Shown here: positions 1-7,091 of the stretch, in pieces
How positions within the stretch are numbered: position 1 is the first letter of the stretch
Layout of the letters: each line of letters begins with the position of its first letter
Source of the DNA: Abditibacteriaceae bacterium
GTDB lineage: Bacteria > Armatimonadota > Abditibacteriia > Abditibacteriales > Abditibacteriaceae
Assembly (NCBI GenBank): GCA_031372065.1
Contig: JANMKN010000357.1
Location: 1 to 14,832, forward strand
Direction: 5' to 3'
DNA length: 14,832 nt
Translations under genes and position numbers: made by a program
Notes under the pieces: model-generated
Databases searched by the model: none
What the model saw: the letters and a program-made list of their open reading frames with translations, nothing else
What the model was told of the DNA's origin: nothing

Positions 1-680
1 TATTCCCATTCGGCTTCGGTGGGCAAGCGATATTTTTTGCCCGTTTTGTTCGACAGCCACTTGCAATACTGCTCGGCGCCGTTGCGATGAATGCTAATCG
101 CGGCAAAGCCTTCGTGACCATAGCCACGATCTGGAGCGCCATACGGCAAGCTGGGACGCAGTTTTACATCAATTTTGGCCGCTTCATTGTCTGTCATGTC
201 GAGTTTGAACATATAAGCGTCATATTCTTCCCAACCAACCTCTTTTTGGCCGATCCAAAAGGGTTTTAGCGTGACTTCCTTGCCATCGGCCAGCGTAATG
301 CTGCCGCCGGGCAGTTTTACCATCTTGAACGAAATCATCGTTTTCGACAGTTTTTCTTCCATTATCTGTGTGCCGCCCTCGCCGCCCGTAACCTTGGCCG
401 GAGCCGGTTGCACAGGCGGTTTAGTGGCAGGAGGAGTAGCGGGTTTGGCTGCTGGCTTAGCCGTTGGTTTAGCCGTTGGTTTAGCTGCGGGTTTAGGCGT
501 GTTTTTGACGGCGGGTTTGACCACATTAACAGTAACGTTCTTGTCGTTCTCCACAGGGCCGCCGGCTTGCGCCACACTAAAAGCACAAAAGGCAAGTGCC
601 ACGGTAAAACTACCAATCACACTTTTCCATTGAAATCGGGAGCGAGGAACCATGTCCACGTCTCGCTGCAAAATTATCAT
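1..680 (-). CDS. Secreted formylglycine-generating-enzyme-like (FGE-sulfatase / SUMF1/EgtB/PvdO family) protein with Lys/Pro/Ala-rich linker; runs off the left edge of the window
   Basis: Manual translation of the minus strand (not in the ORF track because its stop lies outside the window): MIILQRDVDMVPRSRFQWKSVIGSFTVALAFCAFSVAQA-GGPVENDKNVTVNVVKPAVKNTPKPAAKPTAKPTAKPAAKPATPPATK...WLSNKTGKKYRLPTEAEWE(Y). RLPTEAEWEY is the hallmark FGE-sulfatase motif. Signal peptide ending in AQA. AGGAG at 689-685 precedes ATG 680; alternative in-frame ATGs at 683 and 653. Confidence 0.9.
   Translation of the reverse strand, partial: MIILQRDVDMVPRSRFQWKSVIGSFTVALAFCAFSVAQAGGPVENDKNVTVNVVKPAVKNTPKPAAKPTAKPTAKPAAKPATPPATKPPVQPAPAKVTGGEGGTQIMEEKLSKTMISFKMVKLPGGSITLADGKEVTLKPFWIGQKEVGWEEYDAYMFKLDMTDNEAAKIDVKLRPSLPYGAPDRGYGHEGFAAISIHRNGAEQYCKWLSNKTGKKYRLPTEAEWE
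417..509 (-). repeat. Degenerate 12-bp tandem repeat encoding a KPxA linker (KPAA-KPTA-KPTA-KPAA-KPAT)
   Basis: TTAGCCGTTGGT-type units recur on the + strand around 457-486, with degenerate copies on either side, in frame within the FGE-domain gene. Confidence 0.7.
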
Positions 681-699
681 CATTCTCCTGAAATACACC

Positions 700-1713
700 A
701 TGTTTGGGTGCGGAATTTTCGCTCTGTCCCAGTTTAGCGCGTGCGCGGCTCCGAGTCAGCCTCCGAATCAACCTTACAGGCAAGAAACAGACGCAAAAAT
801 CCGACTTCATCAAGCACCGCAACGTGCGGCGTTAGACCGTTTCACATTTGCTGAGTTGCACATGGGCGTGCGCACGACGCTCACGGTTTATGCCCGCGAC
901 GAAGACCACGCGCGCCGTGCCTGCCGCCTTGCTTTTGACCGCATCGCGGCACTGGAAAATAGCATGAGCGATTATCGCAAGAACAGCGAAATAAATCATC
1001 TGAGCCAAAATGCGGGCGGTGCGCCGATGAAAATCAGCGACGATTTATTTTTCGTCCTTGCACGGGCGCAGCAAATCGCGCGCTTAAGCGACGGCGCTTT
1101 CGATGTCACCGTTTCGCCGCTCATTCGCTTGTGGCGCACGGCGCGGCGCGAAAAAACTTTGCCCGACGCGCAAAAAATCGCCGCCGCGCGCCTCTTGGTG
1201 GATTGGACAAAATTAAAATTAGATCGCCAAAACCAAACCGCGCAATTGTTGCTGAAAGCAATGCAAATCGATTTAGGCGCCATCGCCAAAGGCTATGCAG
1301 GCGACTGCGCCATCGAAATTTTGAAAGCGCAAGGCATCAATAGCGCGCTCTTTGAAGCGGGGGGTGATGTGGTAGTGGGCGATGCGCCGCCGGGCACGAA
1401 TGGTTGGAAAATCGAAATCGAAAATGCCACTTCCAGTGGCGCACCGCGCGTGGTGACATTGCACAACGCGGCCATCGGTGCATCGGGTGACACCAGTCAA
1501 TTCGTTACCATTGGCGGCAAGCACTATTCGCACGTTGTCAATCCGAAAACCGGCATGGGACTGACAAACCGCGTAGCTGTGACAGTCATTGCGCCACGCG
1601 GCATTACAACAGATAGTCTCGCAACAGCGTTTAGCCTCGCTGACAAAAACGTGCGCCGTCATTTGCAACGCGCCTTTCCCCAAGCGCAGGTTTTCATTCG
1701 CTATCTCAAATAA
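700..1713 (+). CDS. apbE: FAD:protein FMN transferase (ApbE family)
   Basis: Motifs HMGV, SDGAFDVTV, IDLGAIAKGYA, EAGGDV, ASGD, HVVNPKTG, DSLATA. The track start at 652 overlaps the start region of the divergent gene. ATG 700 (MFGCGIFALSQFSACAA, signal-like) is more plausible, but the start is uncertain. Confidence 0.93.
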   Translation: MFGCGIFALSQFSACAAPSQPPNQPYRQETDAKIRLHQAPQRAALDRFTFAELHMGVRTTLTVYARDEDHARRACRLAFDRIAALENSMSDYRKNSEINHLSQNAGGAPMKISDDLFFVLARAQQIARLSDGAFDVTVSPLIRLWRTARREKTLPDAQKIAAARLLVDWTKLKLDRQNQTAQLLLKAMQIDLGAIAKGYAGDCAIEILKAQGINSALFEAGGDVVVGDAPPGTNGWKIEIENATSSGAPRVVTLHNAAIGASGDTSQFVTIGGKHYSHVVNPKTGMGLTNRVAVTVIAPRGITTDSLATAFSLADKNVRRHLQRAFPQAQVFIRYLK

Positions 1714-1747
1714 AAAGGCCCGCTTCTTGAAGAAGCGGGCCTTTTTT
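1712..1747. terminator. Bidirectional rho-independent terminator
   Basis: AAAAA-GGCCCGCTTCT-tga-AGAAGCGGGCC-TTTTTT: a perfect 11-bp GC-rich stem with A and T tracts on both sides, lying between convergent stops at 1713 and 1761. Confidence 0.93.
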
Positions 1748-1760
1748 CTGCGTCCGTCTT

Positions 1761-2363
1761 TTAAATGACAGTGCGGCCTGTGTTGTCATCCAAACGGTCA
1801 CCGGTAGCGGCATCAGCGATGCGCTCCATTGTGCCACGCGTGTCCTGACTGCCGGTTTCAACCGAAGTGCCACGGCCCAAATTGTAATCGGGATTGGCGG
1901 ATGTATCTATGGTATTGTGTTCGTTGCCCATGTCTTTGGTTACGTCACCGGCTTCGGCGCCTAACATTCCACCGGCTACAGCACCGGCTACAGCACCCAC
2001 CGGGCCGCCAACCACACCGCCGACTACAGCTCCAGAAAGTCCGCCCGCACCACTGCCAACAGCACGGGCGCCATCGCCATCGCGCCCCGTGTCAACGTTG
2101 ACATCATCGTGATCGTCGCCAACATGATGTGCGGCATCGCCGGCTGCCGAACCCAAAGCGCCGCCAGCCACGGCGCCGATAACGGCACCAATCGGGCCAG
2201 CCATAGCCGCGCCAATAACGCCGCCGGAAATCGCACCTGAACCGGTGCCTGCTACGCGGCCCATAGTGCCGTCGCTGTCATGCGCTCCTGCGACTTCCGA
2301 AGCCGGAACATGAACGTCGCCACCATCGGTCACTGTTGCATCATTTACACGAATTTCATCCAT
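1761..2363 (-). CDS. Acidic protein with two glycine-zipper hydrophobic hairpins (200 aa); possible general stress protein
   Basis: GGAGG at 2375-2371 lies 7 nt before ATG 2363, a better start than the track's 2453. Two homologous GxxxG-rich segments (GTGSGAISGGVIGAAMAGPIGAVIGAVAGGALGSAAGD and GSGAGGLSGAVVGGVVGGPVGAVAGAVAGGMLGAEAGD) are separated by Asp/His-rich linkers. Confidence 0.8.
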   Translation of the reverse strand: MDEIRVNDATVTDGGDVHVPASEVAGAHDSDGTMGRVAGTGSGAISGGVIGAAMAGPIGAVIGAVAGGALGSAAGDAAHHVGDDHDDVNVDTGRDGDGARAVGSGAGGLSGAVVGGVVGGPVGAVAGAVAGGMLGAEAGDVTKDMGNEHNTIDTSANPDYNLGRGTSVETGSQDTRGTMERIADAATGDRLDDNTGRTVI

Positions 2364-2434
2364 TGTTTTGCCTCCAAAATCTGGCGCTAATTTGAGTTTT
2401 TTCCACTGGGCCAGAGTTGTAAGCGCTCTTAACG

Positions 2435-2449
2435 GCAAATCGCGTTCCA
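2435..2449 (-). promoter_or_regulatory. Putative sigma-54 (-24/-12) promoter for the glycine-zipper gene
   Basis: Minus strand TGGAACGCGATTTGC versus consensus TGGCAC-N5-TTGC. GG-N10-GC spacing is exact, with one mismatch. It lies about 70 nt upstream of ATG 2363. Confidence 0.5.
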
Positions 2450-2472
2450 CCAACGCAATAACTTCAATTTAT

Positions 2473-2495
2473 TTCAACGCAACACGCGATTGTCA
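2473..2495. repeat. 23-bp direct repeat, distal copy (duplicate of the selB 3' end; att-like)
   Basis: TTCAACGCAACACGCGATTGTCA, identical to 5058-5080. The flanking bases differ on both sides. Confidence 0.95.
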
Positions 2496-2575
2496 AAGGC
2501 ACAAGGCGCGGCAATATGATAGTCTGATGATAGGTTAGGGTGGATTATTCCCTGGACATTAGCCGAGGTGTATTT

Positions 2576-5039
2576 ATGCAGCGTTTCCCTTTTTCTTCGT
2601 TTTGTCTTTTGTTGTGCAGCGTGCTGTTGGGCACGCCCTCGCAATCCGCACAGGCGGCGACGTTTACCGTTACCAACACCAATAACACTGGTGCGGGCAG
2701 CTTGCGCAAGGCACTCAACGATGCCAATGCCACGCCGGGAGCCGACAGCATCGTTTTCACGATTCCCGGCTCTGGTCTTCACACCATCGCGCCCACTTCG
2801 CCGCTGCCCACCATCACCGAGGCTGTGACCATTGATGGCTACTCGCAACCGGGCGCCACTCCCAATACGCAGACCAATAGCGACGATGCGGTTATCCTCA
2901 TCGAACTTGACGGCAGCAACGCGGGTGCGCAGGCCTACGGTCTCAAAATCACCAGCGGCAACTGCACGGTGCGCGGTTTGTGCATCAATCGCTTCAACCT
3001 GCACGGCATTCTCATGCACACGCGAGGCAACAACCTCATTACCGGCAACTTCATTGGCTGCGACCCCGGCGGCACGCTCAACCGCGACAATGGCGGGCAT
3101 GGCATCGCCATTCCCAGCGGCAACGGCAACCGCATCGGCGGCACCACGCCCGCCGAGCGCAACCTGCTATCGGGCAACCGCAACATGGGCGTGCAAATTT
3201 CCAGCAATCTGACCAGCGGCAATGCGGTGCAGGGCAACTTCATCGGCACCGATAAGAGCGGCGCGGCGGCCTTGCGCAATGGACAGAACGGTATCTACGA
3301 CCAACAACCTCATCGGCGGTATCGGCTCCGCAGCGCGCAACATCATTTCCGGCAATGAGCGGCGCGGGGTGCAGATTGCCAACGGCGCTAACGGGAATCA
3401 GGTGCAGGGCAACACCATCGGCTTGAACAGCGCGGGCTTGCAGAAAGTGGGCAACGGCAGTGATGGCGTGGCGATTACCGAGAGCAGCAACAACCTGATT
3501 GGCAGCAGTCAAGCGGGCGGAGGCAACCTGATTAGCGGCAATGGCAGCCGACTTTATGGCGGCAACGGCGTTGCTCTTAGTGGCAGTGGCGCCAGCAACA
3601 ACCGTATCGAAGGCAATCTCATTGGCACCAATGTCAATGGTGTTTTTCCTCTTAACTTTAACACGAGTAACTACATTTACGGCGTAACTATTAGCGACGG
3701 TGCTTCCAACAATATGGCGGGTGGCACAGCGAATGGGACTGGCAATTTGATTGGCGCCAATGGGAATGAGGAGTTAGCCGGCACGTCCCGGCTTTATGGG
3801 ATGGGCGTGGTGATTGAAGGTGCGGCGACAACGGGAAATCAAGTGCAGGGCAATCGCATCAAGCGCAATCAGGGCAACGGCATATGGATCAATCAGTCAG
3901 CGGGCAACCTGATTGGCGGCACCGCAGCCGGAGCGCGCAATGTCATCAGTGGCAATGCCGAATTTCCGCGTGCCGGAACTGGCAATTCTGGGATAGAAAT
4001 TTCTGGCAGTCAGGCTACCAACAATCAGGTGCAGGGCAACTACATCGGTCTGGATGAAACAGGCACTGCTACCCAAGGCAATGGTCGGGGCAGCAGCAGT
4101 GGAGGAGGCATATTTCTCAATGATGCTCCGAATAACACTATCGGCGGCACCCTCAGTGGCGCTCGCAATGTGATTTCAGGGAATGCACGAGACATCTCGA
4201 TTACCGGTTCTGCTGCGCAGAATAATCAAATTGTGGGCAATTATATTGGCACCGATGCCAGCGGCACTCAGGGTTTTGACATCGGCACAGGAGTGTTACT
4301 TGAAAATGCTGCTAACAATATCATCGGAGGCCCTTCAAGTAGTGAGAGAAACGTCATTTCTGGGAGTGGTGCAAATATTGTCTTGAGGGGTAGCGGCACA
4401 TTCGGAAATCAGATTTCAGGCAATTTTATTGGCACCCAAGCTGATGGCACAACTGCTTTGTCGAATGGACAAGGGGATACTGGAATTGGAATTTTTCAAG
4501 CTGTAAACAATCTCATCGGCGGCGCATCCGCAGGTCAAGGCAATGTAATTGCTTTTAACAACGCACAAGGAATTTTTGTTATCGAAGGAAATGGTAATGA
4601 GATTGTGGGTAACTCAATTTTCTCCAACGGGGGACTGGGTATTGATCTTGGCACTGCTGGAGTGACCGCCAATGATGGGGGCGACGCCGATACCGGCGCC
4701 AACAATCTGCAAAATTATCCGGTGCTGAGTGGGGCGAGTGTCTCTCAGGCATCGGGCACAATGACGGCCATTGACGGCACGCTCAACAGCACGGCTAACA
4801 AACTCTTTCGCGTGGATTTTTATGCCAGCCCATCGGCAGACCCCAGCGGCTTTGGCGAGGGCAAAACCTATCTGGGCCGCACTATCGTCACAACCAATGG
4901 CAGTGGGGATGTGACGTTCACCTTCGCCGCCACCGGTGATCTCAGCGGTCAGGTCATCACCGCCACGGCGACGCGCAACGATACCGGCGACACCAGCGAG
5001 TTCAGCCAAGCCGTGACCGTGGCACCAACGGGGCCGTAA
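2576..5039 (+). pseudogene. Secreted CSLREA-like / parallel beta-helix repeat surface protein (~820 aa), split by a frameshift at ~3299
   Basis: GAGGTG (2565-2570) precedes ATG 2576. Signal peptide ...SAQA, then ATFTVTNTNNTGAGSLRKAL and TIDGYSQPGATPNT. Repeated GNFIGT..., NNxIGG...RNVISGN units and a C-terminal NSIFSNGGLGIDL...NNLQNYPVL...GEGKTYLG...DTSEFS. The repeat pattern is in the frame of ORF 2540..3358 up to NGQNGIY (3298) and continues in the frame of ORF 3222..5039 from TNNLIGG (3300). Confidence 0.85.
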
Positions 5040-5057
5040 AAGTGTTTTTCGCGCGAC

Positions 5058-5080
5058 TTCAACGCAACACGCGATTGTCA
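5058..5080. repeat. 23-bp direct repeat, proximal copy overlapping the selB stop
   Basis: TTCAACGCAACACGCGATTGTCA. On the minus strand it encodes DNRVLR-TGA of SelB. Confidence 0.95.
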
Positions 5081-7002
5081 GCGGCGCGGCGCGTTAGACC
5101 GATGCGATCATAATATTCCAAAAGCGGCACCAGCCATTTGCGGGTTGTGTTCAATAAATCGCGTGCCCCGCTGATGGAAAGCGTGCCGTTTTTTTGCAAA
5201 TGTGCCTTCAGAATCTGCGCGCCTTCTTCAAGGCGCTGACGGCTAAAAACGAAATCGTCGGCGCGCACCAATTTGTTTTCTTTTATTAAGCTGAAGCACA
5301 ATTTTTTAGCGAGGTCGCGCTGCGCCGCCGCGCATCCTCCCACTAATTCATCCAGCGTCTGCGCTTGCCATGCTGCGTCATGCGCCGCCTTCAGCAGTTG
5401 GTTTTTTAAGCGCGTTTCGTCTTCGCTCAAAGTCACGCGATGCAGCGCCAAACGCACACCGGCAGGCTCCAACGCGATAGTTCCGGCACGGCTCAGGTCT
5501 ATTAATAAAGCGTCGAAAGCGTGCTGCGACAAGGAGGGAGGCAACGCGGCGCGCAAGGCTTCGCGGGATAAGGCAGGCGATAGCGGTTCGTCTTTATGAA
5601 ACACGGATAACGTTTGGGTAATCGTCTTTTTTAGTGTGGCAACTGTGTTCGCGTGCAGCAAAATTTCCTCACCGCTTTCGGGTGTGCCACGCCATAAAAT
5701 GCCGCCTTTTTCAAGGGTAGTCAGAATGGTCGTTACATCCGCCAAATGCAGTTCCACTTGCAATTGTGCTTCGCTCAAACCGGCGACATCCGCACGGCGC
5801 AAAAGGATTTCAGAAAGGGACGCGACATCGTCTTTTTCCAAGGCATCCTGCAAAAGAGGCAGCCAGTGCGCCGCTTGCGCGCGTGAGCCATCGGTTGCCA
5901 AATCTAAAATCATGCCGCCGCCGATAACGCGTTCGGTGCCGACTTCGCGCAACACAAAACGATCACGGCGCGCACAGGCCAAGGGCGAAGCAAAGCGCAA
6001 GCGCGCCATGCCCTTTTCGCCCGCCAAAAGGCGCGCTGCTTCGAACAAATGCACGCGCGCTTCCAGTTCGGTGGTGCCGAGGTGAAAGCGTAGCGGCGCT
6101 TTGTCTTTCAACGGGCACGGCGCGTCCGGCACGAGGCGCATCCACACATCAATTTGCGTCACAGCGCGCAAGGTTTTGGGCGCCGCCAAAGTGCCGCCGC
6201 GCGTCGCATCATCCAAATCCACACCCGCCAAATTCACCGCTGTGCGCTGTCCACGCGCCACGCTGGGCGCCGCTTCGCCATGCACTTCCAAGGTGCGCAC
6301 GCGCGCCGTTAAAGCGCGCTCGCTGCCCGGCTGCCACACTTCGACGGTTTCGCCGACAGAAAGCACGCCCTGCGCCGCTGAACCCGTAACCACGGTGCCA
6401 AAACCGCTGATGCTAAAAGCGCGGTCTATCGCCATTCTAAAAGGATGCAGGCGAAAGGATGAGGGCTGAGACGTTTCGAGACGATGGCAGATTTTTGCTA
6501 ATTCGGTTTTTAGCTCGTCCAAACCGGCGCCAGATAGGGCAGAGACTTCCAGCAGCGGCGCGTTGCCGAACATCGTGCCGCTTAATTTGTCGCCGATTTC
6601 GAGGCGCACCAGTTCGAGCCATTCTTTTTCGACGGCGTCGCACTTGGTTAAAACCACAATGCCCGCGCGAATTTGCAGCAGTTCTAAAATGCGCAAGTGT
6701 TCCGTTGTTTGGGGCATCACGCCTTCATCGGCGGCGATCACCAAAAGCGCGATGTCCACGCCCGTTACACCCGACAACATATTTTTGAGAAAGCGCTCGT
6801 GCCCCGGCACATCCACGATGCCCGTGACCCGTTCGGGCACGTTTTTCACGGCGGGCAAAGTCAGGTGCGCAAAGCCCGGCACGATAGAAAGGCCGCGCTC
6901 TTTTTCTTCGCGCAAACGGTCGGTTTCGATGCCCGTCAAAGCGCGAATCAGCGTCGTTTTGCCATGATCTACATGGCCCGCCGTGCCAATAATGAAGTGC
7001 AT
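5059..7002 (-). CDS. selB: Selenocysteine-specific translation elongation factor SelB
   Basis: IIGTAGHVDHGKT (G1), DRLREEKERGLSI, DVPGHERFLKNMLSG (G3), AADEGVMPQTTEH, TKCD (G4), IDRAFSISGFGTVVTGS and RGQRTAVNL. C-terminal winged-helix SECIS-binding end TRKWLVPLLEYYD. 647 aa. Confidence 0.98.
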   Translation of the reverse strand: MHFIIGTAGHVDHGKTTLIRALTGIETDRLREEKERGLSIVPGFAHLTLPAVKNVPERVTGIVDVPGHERFLKNMLSGVTGVDIALLVIAADEGVMPQTTEHLRILELLQIRAGIVVLTKCDAVEKEWLELVRLEIGDKLSGTMFGNAPLLEVSALSGAGLDELKTELAKICHRLETSQPSSFRLHPFRMAIDRAFSISGFGTVVTGSAAQGVLSVGETVEVWQPGSERALTARVRTLEVHGEAAPSVARGQRTAVNLAGVDLDDATRGGTLAAPKTLRAVTQIDVWMRLVPDAPCPLKDKAPLRFHLGTTELEARVHLFEAARLLAGEKGMARLRFASPLACARRDRFVLREVGTERVIGGGMILDLATDGSRAQAAHWLPLLQDALEKDDVASLSEILLRRADVAGLSEAQLQVELHLADVTTILTTLEKGGILWRGTPESGEEILLHANTVATLKKTITQTLSVFHKDEPLSPALSREALRAALPPSLSQHAFDALLIDLSRAGTIALEPAGVRLALHRVTLSEDETRLKNQLLKAAHDAAWQAQTLDELVGGCAAAQRDLAKKLCFSLIKENKLVRADDFVFSRQRLEEGAQILKAHLQKNGTLSISGARDLLNTTRKWLVPLLEYYDRIGLTRRAADNRVLR

Positions 7003-7006
7003 TTCT

Positions 7007-7091
7007 TTAGCTTTGAGCGGTGAGCATTTAGCTGTTAGCCATTCAGTGCGAAGAGGTAGCTAACAGCTAAATGCTCATAGCTAACCGCTTA
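7007..7091. repeat. Inverted array of 5+5 heptamers (T[T/G/A]AGCNN) forming a hairpin with a 19-bp perfect stem
   Basis: Left arm TTAGCTT TGAGCGG TGAGCAT TTAGCTG TTAGCCA (7007-7041); right arm TAGCTAA CAGCTAA ATGCTCA TAGCTAA CCGCTTA (7057-7091). 7021-7039 is the exact reverse complement of 7059-7077, with a 19-nt loop. Confidence 0.9.

Larger units (their letters stand above)
2473..5080. mobile_element. Putative inserted islet/cassette (2585-bp repeat-to-repeat unit) at the 3' end of selB, with no recombinase encoded
   Basis: Bounded by perfect 23-bp direct repeats. One copy forms the last codons and stop of selB (DNRVLR*). The unit contains a single gene oriented opposite to both flanking genes. 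Confidence 0.6.

Noticed and set aside
271..633. 120-aa plus-strand ORF with GLAAGLAVG repeats resembling a membrane protein
   Set aside because: Antisense shadow of the KPxA linker of the FGE-domain gene, which has a clear family motif on the minus strand.
2474..3100. 208-aa minus-strand ORF ending in DNRVLR like SelB
   Set aside because: Antisense shadow of the beta-helix gene. Its SelB-like ending only reflects the 23-bp duplicated sequence.
3281..3358. Selenocysteine read-through or programmed frameshift explaining the split gene next to selB
   Set aside because: The break is a frame change with missing residues, not an in-frame TGA, and no slippery heptamer is visible.
3570..4745. SGAS strings in the beta-helix protein as ApbE flavinylation sites
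   Set aside because: Such strings are expected by chance in a Gly/Ser/Ala-rich repeat protein, and there is no FMN-binding domain context.
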